A DNA stretch of 64,000 nucleotides. Source: Octopus vulgaris (Eukaryota). The stretch covers positions 24,552,001-24,616,000 of the forward strand of contig OX597821.1 of NCBI GenBank assembly GCA_951406725.2, read 5' to 3'. Below are positions 28,168 through 43,068 of the stretch, in pieces. How positions within the stretch are numbered: position 1 is the first letter of the stretch; each line of letters begins with the position of its first letter. Both the position numbers and the translations under genes were made by a program. The notes below the pieces were generated by a model, which searched no databases, was not told the origin of the DNA, and was given only the letters and a program-made list of their open reading frames with translations.

Positions 28168-28913
28168 CGTGAGTGTGTGTGTTACTTATGAAGTCTGTAT
28201 GGTTCATAACACCTGCAACTTTTCTTATATATCGTCAACAGAGTTAAGTACCAAACAGACATAAGTACTGGGGTCGGTCGATATGATCAACTAAACGCTT
28301 GAAGGCAATACCCCAGCACGACCTTTGTCTAGGGACTGAAGCCAGAAAGATAATAGAATGAAAAGCGAATACATACGAATAGGAAGAATGTATAAAATGA
28401 AAGTGTGGGTAGTTAATGAGATCAGTGTGTTTAAAAGACCCCCAACTGTTGGAAGTTGTTTAACGCAAAATGCGTTGCTGAATGCTCTCAGCCACATGAC
28501 TCCACTCACTTGAAGCGATCGAGTGTGGCTTCTTATCGGTTCCTGTGGAGACGGGAATGCTGAGAATTGTTATGAATGGAGACGTAAATAATTTCTTAAT
28601 GGGGCAATAGGGCAGTCGGCCTCTCCACGTATCTCCTCAAACACCAATACTAACAACCTCACCAGCGTCAACAATGTCAACACCAGCAGCATTGCGTAAA
28701 ATCTTGGAGCCTCAAGCTGAAAAGAAGAACCATCACGTGGTTTCTTGACTTGCTAGAAAGAAGAATAAAATATCTCTGAAATAATATCTTTCACATTTTA
28801 AATGTAAATAGGACACTAAGTTTGAATGGTCACAATTAGAAAGTGTTTGATCTTAATCAAGTTCGATAAGAGTAAAGCCGAATTTGATTAATGATAGGTA
28901 GTCTATATTTAAT

Positions 28914-28972
<59 letters not shown>

Positions 28973-28994
28973 ACACACACACACATATATACAT

Positions 28995-29390
28995 AGAGAG
29001 GTTGAACAAAATAATAGAAACGCCTTAAAATTTCAAATAAATTTATTTTAATATGGGGTAGGACCGCCTTTGGCAGTAATTACTGCTTGAATTCTATGAG
29101 CTATGGACTGGTACAAAGTTTTAATTGTTTCCCAAGGAATTTTGGTCCATTCTTCAGCTAAAACAGTCTCCGGTTCTTGTAGTGATGTAGTGATGGTGAT
29201 GACTCTTTACTTGTTTTTTCTAAAATGCACCATAAATGTTCAATAATATTGAAATCTGGGGTCTGTGGTGGCCAGATAAGACGTCCAACTTCACTAGAAT
29301 GTTCTTCGTGCTATTCAGTAACAACTTTAGCAGTGTGAATTGGTACATTATCATCCTGAAAGATTGCATTTCCCCCCGGAAACAGTTACA
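28995..29390 (-). mobile_element. Tc1 transposon 3' fragment
   Basis: Minus translation WPPQTPDFNIIEHLWCIL; C-terminal AVITAKGGPTPY; TIR-like end. Confidence 0.8.
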
Positions 29391-29419
29391 CAAACATCGA
29401 CATTTGGTATTCATCATTC

Positions 29420-30534
29420 AAAATGAGAAAGGGCTAGCTTTTATTCCAAACTATCAAGGACAAAAGGAAAGACCGTGCTACGAAGCTTTTGAACAAACTC
29501 AAGCTTCCTCTCCAACCTAACATGCTTTGGTTTTTCTAAGACAAGAAAAATTTCTGCCAGGATCAGATGGTGAAAACAGAGCAACCGCTGGTTTGCAATG
29601 TCCCCAGAATATGTACCGAAAGTGATAAAAATCAAACATCCAGTCAACATCATGGTGTTTGGAGTGATCACTAGGGATGGCGGTGTTATGCCTCCATTCA
29701 TCTTCCCACATGGCTTCAGACTCAACACGGAAGCTTACATCAAATGCCTGGAGGAGGTAGTGCTGCCCTGGGTGAAGAGAGTGGCTGCTGGAAAACACTA
29801 TGTCTAGCAACAAGACACTGCACCATGCCACACAATCAGGAGAACCTAGTCATGGCTGTCACACAATTTCTGCAACCACATCACCCCTAACATCTGGGCA
29901 ACTAACTCCCCAGACTGCAACCCCCTTGATTATTATGTGTGGGGCGCAGTTGAGCGAGAAACCAACAAAACTCCTTGTAACATCAAAGATGAACTGAAGG
30001 CGAGGATTATGGCAGCATTCACCAACATAAACAAGGAGACTGTCCAGAAGAGTTGCAGGAGATTCCGAAGTCGTCTAGAGGCTGTGATTGAAGCCAATGG
30101 CAACTTTATTGAATGAATTTACTCGCTAGTTTTGGAAGCACCCTTAACGTAGTTCTCGGGGATATTCAGCGTGACACAGAGAGTGACAAGGCCGGCCCTT
30201 TGAAGTACAGGTACAACAGAAACAGGAAGTAAGAGTGAGAGAAAGTTGTGGTGAAAGAGTACAGCAGGGATCACCACTATCCCCTACCGGAGTCTCGTGG
30301 AGCTTTTAGGTGTTTTCGCTCAATAAACACTCACAACGCCCGGTCTGGGAATCGAAACCGCGATCCTATGACCTCGAGTCCGCTGCCCTAACCACTGGGC
30401 CATTGCACCTCCACTTTCTACTCGCTAGTATTTCAAGATATTTATGTAATTTTGGTAAATATATCTGTTTAAATGAGATGTCAGTGTTATTTCATTTTTG
30501 CATAATTTAGATGACAGTTTATTCACCGCATCCC

Positions 30535-30535
<1 letters not shown>
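29420..30535 (+). mobile_element. maT (DD37D) relic interrupted by a SINE
   Basis: KHPVNIMVFGVIT.DG.VMPPFIFP.G, QQDTAPCH, SPDCNPLDYYVWG; 3' TIR ends at 30535. Confidence 0.9.
30131..30418 (-). mobile_element. tRNA-derived SINE family C with 11-bp TSD
   Basis: tRNA-like head GGAGGTGCAATGGCCCAGTGGTTAGGGCAGCGG; TSD TACTCGCTAGT at 30120-30130 and 30419-30429. Confidence 0.9.
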
Positions 30536-30569
<34 letters not shown>

Positions 30570-30968
30570 TTTGTCCCCCACCACCGCTTGACAACTGGTA
30601 TCGGCGCAGGCGTGGCTGTGTTGTATGAACCATGCTTCCCAATCACACGGTCCCGTGTTCAGTCCTACTGCGTGGCATCTTGGGCATGTTTCTTCTGCTA
30701 TAGCTTCGGGCTGGAAGAAGCCTGTCGTGTGTGCGTGTGTGTGTATATATATATTTGTGTGCCTGTGTTTGTCTCCCACCATCGCTTGACAACCGGTGTT
30801 CGTGTGTTTACGTCCTCGTAACTTGGCATGTCGGCGAAAGAGTCCAATAGGATAAGCACTAGGCTTACAAAGAATAAGTCATGGGGTCGATTTGCTCGAC
30901 TACTGGTGGTGCTCCAGGATGGCCACTGTCAAATGACTGAAACAAGTAAACGAGTAAAGGAATAAAAG
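30536..30968 (+). mobile_element. SINE family A, nested diverged copies
   Basis: Family A body fragment followed by a near-complete diverged copy. Confidence 0.8.
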
Positions 30969-31163
30969 GATATATATATATGTATATATATATATATTCG
31001 AAGGTGGATAGATGTAATATAAAACAAAGATGTAAAAATTCACTTGTCACTAACAGTGTCTGAGTGTGCAGGGTTGCTTCTACATACATAGAAACAAGAT
31101 TAAGACTCAAAAGCCCTCAGCCCCAAAAGCGCATTGTTTATAACCACCCCACAGCGAGCGAGG

Positions 31164-31215
31164 TCACTATACTAGCAGGCTAGTTTCGCTTGGAATTTAA
31201 GTTCATCAGTAGTGA
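31164..31215 (-). ncRNA. Type I hammerhead ribozyme
   Basis: TCACTA-CTGATGA-ACTT(AAATTCC)AAGC-GAA-ACTAGC(CT)GCTAGT-A-TAGTGA: perfect 6-bp stem I, full stem III, GUA triplet; A.C mismatch at the base of stem II. Confidence 0.85.
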
Positions 31216-31864
31216 TTACTCCAACGCTTATGTTTAAGCGACCCAAGTAGTTATGATTTTAAAAACCTGGTACTTATTCTATTCTATCCCTTTTTGCTGA
31301 TGGGGATGTAAACAAACGAACAGCAGTTGTTAAGTGGTATTGGAGTAGACATATATAGAAAAAGATAAGGAAATATCTAATTTCGTAACTCCACTGCTGT
31401 TTCAGGGAGCTCTGAGTTACGTAATAACCATAGTAATTATAAGTTGCAGATAAAGTTTGTAAAGATAAATTTGTATGTAACCGGTATCCAGTTTCGTGAA
31501 GATATTACAATAAGTTTGGTTTCAATCTTCTCTTGATGAGGGCAGCCGGGCTTATTGTAATATGTTCATGTGCCTAGTTTCCAGTTATATACCCATGACT
31601 CTTTGCACATTTCATCTGCGGTTCTTGATCATTATGATTAATTCGTTAACCCCGGGCTTCCTGAAACAACTGTCGAGTTATGAAATAACATATTTTCTTT
31701 TCTTATTCCGTTCTTTTATTCTGTATTTTCTACGCTCCATGTGAATATATTTATATCAAGCCTACTGTGTTTATCTCTATTACTATCTGGGGTCGATGTA
31801 ATCGATTAATCTCCTTCTCCAAAATTTGAGTCCTTATGCTTATGGGTTTATAGTAGACAAGAGT

Positions 31865-32158
<294 letters not shown>

Positions 32159-32161
32159 ATT

Positions 32162-32375
32162 AAGGTGAGCTGGTAGAGTCGTTAGCACGCCGGGCGAAAT
32201 GCTTAGCGGCATTTCGTCTGTCTGCATGTTCTGAGTTCAAACGCCGCCGAGGTTGGCTTTGCCTTTCATCCTTTCGGGGTCGATAAATTAAGTACCAGTT
32301 ACGCATTGATGTCGATGTAATCGACTAGTCCCCTCCTCCAAAATTTCAGTTCTTGTACCAATAGAAGAAAGGATT
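32162..32375 (+). mobile_element. tRNA-derived SINE family B, (ATT)n-tail variant
   Basis: Head AAGGTGAGCTGGTAGAG, B-box GAGTTCAAACGC, core CCTTTCATCCTTTCGGGGTCGATAAATTAAGTACCAG; flanked by (ATT)n. Confidence 0.88.
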
Positions 32376-32379
32376 ATTA

Positions 32380-32487
<108 letters not shown>

Positions 32488-32629
32488 TTTGCTCTTGTTC
32501 TTTATGCTGTTGTAGTATGTTATATAGTAAATTTTTTTCAGTAAATTATCAATCAAGCATGGGATTCAATCCATTGAACTATACATTCTTAACCTCGCAA
32601 CCAAATTGGGATTTTGTGCCTCTGGTAAC

Positions 32630-33520
32630 GATCATTCGGACCTTGACTATCAGCGGTGGAGTGTGCTGTGAAGATTGAGCCACCGCCTTTCCTTTTAGCA
32701 AAAAGGGTCGAGCAATCTTACTTAGCCTGGTGGCTGCAGTAAAGGAAGTTGTATTCTGTGTTGGTGGGGTTGACTGAAAGGTTTTAAGGCAGAGATTCTC
32801 CTCTCAAGCCTGGCCTTCTTTATCACATACAACTTGAAGACGAAGGTGAGATTTGAGAAGGGGATGCTGCCCTCCAGTATATTTTTATGAGCGGTAGGTA
32901 ACAATGGCAAGATTGTGACAGCTAAATTTGTCTTCTCTAACCACGTGACCGTAGGCTGACGGCAAGAACTGATAGAATACTCTTGTCAGCAGTGTGTTGG
33001 GGTAATCTAAAGTTGTATGGGGATTCCCTAAATCATCCTACGTGAGTTTTTCATCCCACTATTTTGGGTGTCCTTCCTTTGCTCTTATTTTGTTGTTCTA
33101 TGTTGTTATTGTTATTTATTATCATCTACTTATGAAGGCGCGTGGCCTAGTAGGTAGTGTTGCACTCACGGTCTGCAAGATGGTGGTTTCGATTCTCAGA
33201 CACACGGTATGTTGTGTTGTCGAGCAAAACGCTTCATTTTACATTACTCCAGGCCACTCACCTGTAAATGGATAACTCTGCGACAAAATGTAACTTTGTT
33301 TAGAGTGATTCTTGGCCTGCCTGCTTCGTTATCGGGGTGACATCATTCGAAAGATACAACAAAGCAAGGAAGCGCAGTGTGACCAGCGGTGTATAATAAC
33401 ATACAATATTCTGGTCGAAACAGTGATACAGTGAAACACTGATTATCGTCTCCACATTGTCTCTTTATTATTCTCTTTACGCCCTTGGACTTTTGTGCCC
33501 TTGTGGCCAATAAAAGATCG
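32630..33520 (+). mobile_element. Old Tx1-like LINE 3' fragment interrupted by a SINE
   Basis: KKGRAILLSLVAAVKE..LKGF..YNLKTKVRFE matches the C-terminus of ORF 25169-26404; ends GCCCTTGTGGCCAATAAAAGA. Confidence 0.75.
33133..33445 (+). mobile_element. Diverged tRNA-derived SINE (family D head/core, family C-type tail)
   Basis: 5' part resembles the 45247 element; 3' part resembles 34900-35022. Confidence 0.75.
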
Positions 33521-33632
33521 TTGCTGAGTTCTTACTGACTCTTCACTTTTCCTTCTCGATTTCCTTTCCTTTTTATTGTTGTACACTTTTACAGCTGTTA
33601 TCATTGTTGTCATTAAAATGGGTATTTTAAAT

Positions 33633-33649
33633 GTAGCAGCGGCGGCAGT

Positions 33650-33744
<95 letters not shown>

Positions 33745-33777
33745 CAGCAGCAGCAGCAACAGTGGTAGCAGCAGCAA

Positions 33778-33831
<54 letters not shown>

Positions 33832-33884
33832 AAGCAGCAGTGGTCGCAGCAGCAACAGCAGCAGTAGCAGTTGTAGTAGCAGTT

Positions 33885-33925
<41 letters not shown>
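33633..33925. repeat. (GCA)n/(GTA)n compound microsatellite
   Basis: Direct reading. Confidence 0.95.
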
Positions 33926-34215
33926 TTATACCACTTAAAACTGGTTGCTCAAAATACTTATGTCGTTATCCTACATTATCCAAATTAATTATCCCCAGCG
34001 GGCATCAACACCTAGCCGAAGTCAGCCACTCTACAAGACATTCGAAATCTAGATGTCTAATGTTTTTTTAAATGGACAACAGTGGGTGGGGGTTGTTGCA
34101 ATGTTAGGGTGAATTAGTGTCTTAAAAACCCGGGGTAAAGTATTTGTCTACCATAGGACCAGTCATAACAATTATCTTTTTTCCTCCCCTTTCTCTCTCT
34201 TTCTCCCTCTCTCCG

Positions 34216-34248
<33 letters not shown>

Positions 34249-34730
34249 TATACATACACACCCACACACAAAGCATACATTCGCGCACACGTACACTGTC
34301 TCTTTTTCGTTGTCACCCTCGCTTATTGTCCACCCTCTTGCTTTGTTCGTACATAAAACGAATGTGGGTGGCGATGTAAGTTGGTGTGATGGTGGTTGAG
34401 TGTGGTTCTATGATGACGTGTTTTTGTGTTTGCGTGGTTGCGTGTTGTGGTGTGGTGGTGTCTATTCGTGCGTGGTGGTGTACGGATGTTTGTCGCTGCT
34501 TACGTATGGCGTGAGGATGTTTAAGTACCTTTGTAGTAAGTCCTTGTCGACTTACCAGTCACGCTCTTGTGTAACTATGTCGTGATATGTTGCAAACAAT
34601 GAGAACAACAAACCCCTTCCGGGCATTTCGAACGGGACAAAGAAAGAAATCATCCATCGACCCTCGCATCCATACAATCATGCATCCGCATAACAATCCT
34701 TCCATATAACCATTCATATATACACGTATA

Positions 34731-35015
34731 TGGAGGCGCAATGGCCTAGTGGTTAGGGCAGCGGACTCGCGGTCGTAGGATCGCGGTTTCGATTCCCAGA
34801 CCGGGCGTTGTGTGTGTTTATTGAGCGAAAACACTAAAAGCTCCACGAGGCTCCGGCAGGGGGTGGTGATCCCTGCTGTACTTTTTCACCACTCTTTCTT
34901 CTGTTGGCCTGCTCGCTTAGCCAGCGGGGTGGCGTCATTCGAAGGCTAAAACAATGCGAACGCGTTGTGATCAGCGATGTGTAATAACATCTGATGGTCT
35001 GGTTGGTCACGTGAT

Positions 35016-35022
<7 letters not shown>
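34731..35022 (+). mobile_element. tRNA-derived SINE family C
   Basis: A-box TGGCCTAGTGG, B-box GGTTTCGATTCCC, tail ending CACGTGATCACGTGA. Confidence 0.9.
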
Positions 35023-35073
<51 letters not shown>

Positions 35074-35094
35074 GTGTGTTTGTGTTTGTGTGTT

Positions 35095-35156
<62 letters not shown>

Positions 35157-35249
35157 TGATATACTTTCTGTAATACTATTTATACTGACAGTGAACTTCT
35201 TATTTTTTTGTCGATGTGATTGGTTTACAAGAAGACAGAATACCAACCT

Positions 35250-35808
35250 GACGCTGTTTGATGATAGATTCTTTGTTGACAATTCGAAGGTATATGCTAA
35301 AAATATGAATATGAAGAAGCGCCTTGACTTAATTGTAATATTTTCAGAAGTTTTAGAAATGGAATTTGGCCAAGATGATTGTTCCTAACTGATCGTTAGG
35401 AAAAACTACAAGCCACTGTCACAACATCTCTATCGATGGTTTGAGTTTGATATACAATTTGGAATGTTCTCATGTACATCATGTAGGCATTTATAACAAA
35501 CAACGCCTATATTATATGCGGATGATAAAAATATTATTCTCGGAGATCTCTGCATACAAATGTGTTTACTGTGCCAGTTCTCATATCAATATTTGGGATA
35601 CTCGGCTGGATGCCAAATAGGTTTTTAAAAAACTTATACAATAAATCCCTATACCTGTCAAAGATAATAAGACGTGGAATGCTGTCACAGCATAATAGTG
35701 GCAACAGGAGTATTACAGTGCCGACAATAACATAAAAGTGGACGAGGATCCACATTATAGCACATACATACATACATACATACATACATACATACATACA
35801 TACATACA

Positions 35809-35842
<34 letters not shown>

Positions 35843-36540
35843 CATACATGCATACTCACATTATTATCAAAATGGTGTCTAAATTCCAGAGAAAATAAAT
35901 CTTTCTCTATTGAGGAAGAATATGAAAAGTAAAACAGAAGAGCGGGCAAACAGATAAATAGGCAAGCAGGTAGCGGGCATCGTTGTTCGAGTTTTTAATC
36001 TTTGTAGCTATCATTGCTCAAGCGTGAACTAAACTCAGCAAGTAGTACTCAGTTTTGAATAATGCTCCATGCAGCCCTCAGAAAAGTTGGATCACCGTAC
36101 CGCAACAGAGACCTGGGAAAAAACATTGACTGGGGCAGAGTTTCAAGTCTGTTTGACTTGCCACTGTGGCAACATGTCACATTTTAAATATCACGATTTC
36201 CGATCAAAGAACGAGAGATTTCCGAACAAAAGATACAGAAAACTCCTAGGCTGCGATCAACAATCCTGATTATGAAACATATTTCCATACGCAACAGAGA
36301 CACTCTAAGCCAAATCTGTATTAATTATATGAACAGAGCTCTCAAACGTATCTCCCAGGAGAACAATCCAAAGCATATCTCTTTCAATAGCAAAATGACT
36401 ACAGCATTGTACATATCAAGACAATACTATTGCACCAAGCCATTATGAAACATGAACTGAAGTCAATTATTTGGCCATGAAATATTCAACCACGTCTTAG
36501 ATGAAGACTTCTCTTGACAACAGCGCCTCCTTAATAGAGC
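35250..36540 (+). mobile_element. Highly decayed R4/Dong-like LINE
   Basis: FFVDNSKVYAKN..MEFGQDDC (RT motif C/D region) and NVFTVPVLISIFGILGW; interrupted by (TACA)n. Confidence 0.65.
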
Positions 36541-36672
36541 TAGGACAGTAACCGAAAGTCAGAAATTATTGATTAATGTAACAGATCCTCGAATAAGTGT
36601 ATTTAACAGAATGTAGGTTCCCCATACATACTTGAATACGTAAGTTAAGTACATATGCACACATACACATGC

Positions 36673-36787
<115 letters not shown>

Positions 36788-36930
36788 AGAGAGAGAGAGA
36801 GAGAGAGAGAGGGGGATACACACACAAACAACAACAACAACAACACACACACACACACACACACATACATACAGAAGTTTATGTATTTTGCAAGAGACCT
36901 GATATGAAGTTGTGGGTTGGAACAAATAGA

Positions 36931-37177
36931 GTTATATTTCGGGACGGTCATTTTTTTTCCAAATAAACACACGCACTATATGCTAGTGCTTCACTTCAGC
37001 TTTATCATTGTTTTTATTTTAGTGTCTATTTTATTTTAGTGTCTTTTTTTAGAATTTTTTTGTCACGAATCCTTTCCAAACAAAGGACACTAAAACAAGA
37101 ATAATAAAGCTGAACTGAAGGACTAGTCTACAGTGCGTGCGTTAATTTGGCACAAAAAAGCCATCCCGAAATATAAC
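36931..37177. mobile_element. Foldback MITE-like palindrome
   Basis: GTTATATTTCGGGACGG ... CCATCCCGAAATATAAC with about 95-bp imperfect arms. Confidence 0.75.
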
Positions 37178-37219
37178 AATATAACAATATGTGTGCGTGT
37201 GTGTATGCTACATATACAT

Positions 37220-37256
<37 letters not shown>

Positions 37257-37345
37257 CGGTATGCATGTATGTATGTATATATATATATATGTACATGTAT
37301 ATGCAAAAAAACGTGTGCGGAAATATATATTTTATATATATATGT

Positions 37346-37404
<59 letters not shown>

Positions 37405-38457
37405 GTGCGTGCATGCATGCGTCCGTACATACATCCATCCATACATACATACTTACATACATACATGCATGCGTGCATGCATACATACATACATACATAC
37501 ATACATACATACATACATACATACATGCATGCATACATAAAAGACCACTTGGGTAAAATTAACATCTGTAGACTGCAGTTTTGAAGTTGGTTCTTGTTCT
37601 TAGAAAGAAAATTGATAGTCGAAACGTAAAAATTTCTTCTGTTCCTGACTGGCCACATATCACCATTAGTATCGTTTCCTCCAAACTGTTTCTAATTCAA
37701 GACAACATTTGGATTTATTTCACATCATTTTGTATTGTTCTGCCGATTTTTTGTTGCTCTTGTTGTTGTTGCAGAAACTGTTGTTGTTTTGCGGTGGTTA
37801 TTTTTGTTATCATTATTGTTGAGGTTGTGGTGGTCGACGCCGTCTTTGTCGATGTTGTTGTTGACTTTTTCTTCAGCCTAAAGGTGGTTCAATTAGTTTG
37901 GAACAAAAACACACGCGACCCCTGTGTTTGTTAAATAACTTAGAAAACATGGGTGGTTTTCACACTATAGATCGACACGTGAGCAACAGCGAAATTTTCG
38001 AAAGTAGCGAATAATTGCTGATGGCGATTTTATTTGTTGGCACGTGACATAGACATAGACCAATCAGAGGAGAATTTCAGGCCGTTGTTGTTTTTGTTTT
38101 CATTTTAAATTTTCTAACTAAAGCTAAAATCTATGTATGAAAAAAAATGTTCAAACAAAATTATAGCATTTCTATTAAATCTATTGTATACATGCCGATT
38201 GGATTCTGTGAGATAGATCAGGCTGTTGAGTTAAATAACACCTTCACAACATCCTACTGTGATACGTGATACAGGATAGACAGCGAGGAAATGGTCTGCA
38301 TCCGTTATCTAATGAACTGATTAAAGGAAGGTGACAAATTAAAACAGCTACATTGTGTCTTAATTTAACTTCATCATTTTAACACTGAAACATTTACCGT
38401 TTTTATTTCACATTCTCTACGGACACCAAATTATCTTTTCTTTAGTGCTGTTTACCA

Positions 38458-38543
<86 letters not shown>

Positions 38544-40121
38544 TAATAATAATAATATACATGTTTTATATATCGTTTTTATATTACCCCCAGTATCTTA
38601 GGCCCATGTAACTTATAAAAGAAATCATCATCATCGTCAACTTCAATGTTATCATCATCGTCGTCGTCGTCACCATCATTAATTTAATTTTATACATATA
38701 ACTGATATTCACACATATACATACCGTTCAATGCTTGATTTAATCTGATTTCTAACACAAAAACTATAGCACTTTATTCTTCGTTCTTCAATTATATTGT
38801 TCAGGTCGTTCATTTTTGTCAATGACGTCAGAATAGCATGTAACAGGATCCATGAAAAGTCTTGAGTCAGAAAACAACAAAAACAAACAAAAGCCCTCAA
38901 CCAATATGGTTACCACTGTCCATTTAGCAACTGTTTTATAAATAACTTTAGGTCAACTAGACAAAGAAGCTTGGTAGTGGTGTTGATACAGAAGAATCAC
39001 TAAGGCGCTTTCAAGATTTTTAGTTTCATCTCCTTACATTCTAGGCTTTCGATTTCAAATTCAATTAGGATCGACTTTGATTTCTACCCACTGAATCGAT
39101 CAACTAAGGGATTGTTCAAGTTAAGATATCGGATATACCCTTATCATCTAAATTTGCTACTTTAGACCTATGTAAAAAACATTCTTAAAAAACTGATATT
39201 TTATCCTTGAAACAGATCGCAAGTTCGCAAAATTGATAGAGTGCTGGATTCAATATAATTTTAATTAACTCCAATTACTTTGTGAAGTCAAATCCGGCCG
39301 AGATCAACGAGATACAAAAAAATAGCAGTTAAGGACTAGAGTTGATTTAAATGATTAGTTCTCTCCCACCCAGGTGTATATCCTAGTGTTTGTCACGAAT
39401 GATTATTATAATTACTGTTTGTAAAAGGACAATACAAGGTGACAGAATGACATAAACAGTGCGTGAGAACGTGGTGAGGACAGAGAAAATGTGTAAATGA
39501 ATTTGCAAAACTTTCAATAATGGAAGGGAGATAACTCTAATGTCATATTTACGATACTATATATTATTTAAAGTAAATGGTCCACAAGCAATGTTAACTA
39601 TTTTGCAATGGAGAAGAGATTAAAATTTTAAAAAAATATTGGCCCAATTCGCATGGAAAGTAAAAAACAAAGAAGAATCGTTCTAAAAAGTTAAAGGCTT
39701 ACAAAGAAAGACAGAGAAAACAAAATAGTATATCACCAGGTTTTATTAATCACACGTATATAACAAACACGTTTTTCGAGCCATCCAAGCAACGCCATAG
39801 TGTTAATAGAAGCTAAAATTTCATTTAAAAGATAATCGGTGCCTCTTGATACCTCTGCGACGAACCCGTGGGTATTGACAAACCGTTCGATAACTGCTGA
39901 TTGACACACACACAGCGCACACGCACACCCAAACGTACACACACACACATCAATGGAGATGTAAGTATATATATATGTATATATATAATTTATATAATTA
40001 GGGTTCAGCAAAAAATACTTTGCTTTACCACACACCTAGCTTGTAGAAATAGCAGCTAAAGGATTTAGCTATTTCTTATAATGTAAGAAGAGTCTCCCAT
40101 ATATATATATATATATATATA

Positions 40122-40766
40122 TTCTTTTATTTGTCTCAGTCATTTGACTGCGGCCATGCTGGAGCACCGCCTTTAGTCGAGCAAATCACCCCCCAGGACT
40201 TATTCTTTGTAACACAAGTACTTATTCTATCGGTCTCTTTTGCCGGACCGCTAAGTTACGGGTACGTAATCACACCAGCATCGGTTGTCAAGCGATGTTG
40301 GTGGGGACAATCACAGACACACAAACACACACACACATACATATATAAAATTAGAAAAAAAGACAATTTTTATCAATTCAAAATGAACAACTAAATTACA
40401 CCATCTAGAAAATTACATATAATAGAAAAGTTAAAATTAAAATAACAATAAAATGTAAAGATTAAGTAAATTGCAAAAATGATAATAAAAACGTATATAA
40501 TAGGTATATAATACATACATATATATTATAATGTATATATATGTATGCATGTATGTACGTATGTATGTATGTATGTATGTATGTATGTATGTATGTATGT
40601 ATGTATGTATGTATGTATGTATGTTTGTATGTATGTACGATGGTCTTCTTTCAGTTTCCCTCAACCAAATCCACTCACAAGGCATTGGTTGACCTGAGGC
40701 TATAGTAGAAGACACTTGCCCAAGGTACCATGTAGTGAGACTGAAGCTGGAACCATGTGGTTGGTA
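40122..40766 (-). mobile_element. SINE family A split by a ~290-bp insertion in its internal microsatellite
   Basis: 3' half at 40122-40345, 5' part at 40636-40766. Confidence 0.8.
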
Positions 40767-40785
40767 TATATATATATATATATGT

Positions 40786-40824
<39 letters not shown>

Positions 40825-41049
40825 AAACATTGTCGTGCAGTTACTGTTTATACCTCGTTCAGAGATTTAATATATATAAATATATATATATATAGAGAGA
40901 GAGAGAGAGCGAGAGAGAGAGAGAGAGAGAGAGAGCAATAAGAAAATGGAGCAATATATATGTGGGTGTATGTGTGTGTGCATCAGTCTATCTATCTATG
41001 ATAGATATTTATATATATATATATATACGTAGAATAGATATGAATGTAT

Positions 41050-41258
41050 ATACTTACAAACATACATGCATAAATACATACATACATACATACATACATA
41101 CATACATACATACATACATACTTACATACATACATACATACATATATACAAATATGCATACATACATGCATACATACATAAATACATACATACATACATA
41201 CATACATACATACATACATACATACATACATACATACATGAACGCATACATACATACA

Positions 41259-41292
<34 letters not shown>

Positions 41293-41939
41293 CAAATATG
41301 CATACATACATACATGCATATCTGTTGTCCGTCGAGTGAGAGACAAGTGCGTCGGGTGAACGCGTACTCACAAAACCAACAAACTCTGAGGAACAGAGGA
41401 CATTTCTTACCTACTGGTTTGTGATCTAACATTGAAAGTTATCAGCAGAAATACTCGGACCCTTGCTAAAATGCTTCCCAAAAGTATCATCTTTTGTTCC
41501 TTTGCTGTTTGTTCAGTGACAATAGATGAGAATTTAATTTAGAATGCACACTCCTGAACCGAATACCACAAGGCATCTCTTTCAACAAATCTATCACCCT
41601 ACTTTGCTATTTCAGTTATCGATTCCTAAAGGATAACCAGCAAAGTTGACCACACACACACACACACTCACACACACACACATTACATAGACACAAAAGC
41701 GCCTACACACATACACATATATGCATACATACTCACATACGCACATGCATGCATATATACGCACATACACATGCATACATACATACATGCATACATACAT
41801 ACATACATACATACATACATGCATACATGCATGCATGCATGCATACATACATACATACATACATAAATACGTACATACATACATACATACATACATACAC
41901 ACATACATACATACATACATAGATACATACATACATACA

Positions 41940-41970
<31 letters not shown>

Positions 41971-42316
41971 CAGGCATGCATACATGCATACATACATACA
42001 TACATGCATGCATGCATACATGCATGCATACATGCATACATACATACATACATACTTACATGCATACATAGATACATACATACATACATACATACATACA
42101 TACATACATACATACATACATGCATGCATACATGCATACATACATACATACATACATACATACATACATACATACATACATACATACATGCATGCATGCA
42201 TGCATACATGCATACATACATACATACATACATACATACATAAATACATACATACATACATACATACATACATACATACATACATACATACATACATACA
42301 TACATACATACATACA
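41050..42316. repeat. Long (TACA)n/(TGCA) microsatellite fields
   Basis: Two tracts, 41050-41320 and 41700-42316. Confidence 0.95.
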
Positions 42317-42815
42317 GATAGCGGTTTGAAGTTGGGTTTACGATCGTAGGAATGTTGTTCGATTCCTAGACAGAACAGCACCTTGTGTCTTCCAGCAAGA
42401 CACTTCATTTCACGGTGTTCCCGTCCTTACAGTTGTACATGAATACCAGTTTAATGCTGGTGCAGCACTTAATCTCTCCAGCTTATTGTGTTCCGCTGGG
42501 CCAACAGTGGAAAGGCCGAGAACGTGTTTATTTCTAATTATGATAACATAGGTACCTCAGATAATTAAAGAAAGCGTGGTACAAGCTACCAAATCATGTT
42601 TATTTGCATGTCTGTATGTATAATCATATATACAAGCAGGTACATACGTACGTATGTAAGTATGTAAATGGATGCATAATGAAACTATTCCGCACATGCA
42701 ATAACAGCCATAACAACAATCCAACATACCACCATCATCAGCTGCCCCACGGATATCACAATGGTTTCGACATCTAGGTAGTCCCATTCAATCCGATGGT
42801 GTCGACAGTACTAAA

Positions 42816-42846
<31 letters not shown>

Positions 42847-42984
42847 TGTATGTATGTATGTATGTATGTATGTATGTATGTATGTATGTATGCATGCATG
42901 CATGCATGCAGGCATGTATGTATGTATGTATGTATGTATGTATGTATGTCCATGCAGTGGGACTGAACCCGGAACCATGTGGTT

Positions 42985-43068
<84 letters not shown>

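Noticed and set aside
31470-31560. Second hammerhead candidate near 31.5 kb
   Set aside because: Stems II and III are plausible but there is no CUGANGA core or stem I.
34731-34806. tRNA gene
   Set aside because: No proper acceptor stem or terminator; continues into a SINE body. The same applies to the other SINE heads.
35534-35845. Hydrophobic, membrane-protein-like ORF
   Set aside because: Antisense of a decayed R4/Dong LINE plus microsatellite.
37879-38246. Kolobok-like DNA transposon
   Set aside because: Terminal similarity (AAGGTG/CACCTT) is too short and there is no clean TTAA TSD.
41612-42408. Long MYVC/HTYI repeat proteins (also 24358-25000, 49974 and 59833-60693)
   Set aside because: Tetranucleotide and dinucleotide microsatellites that lack stop codons.
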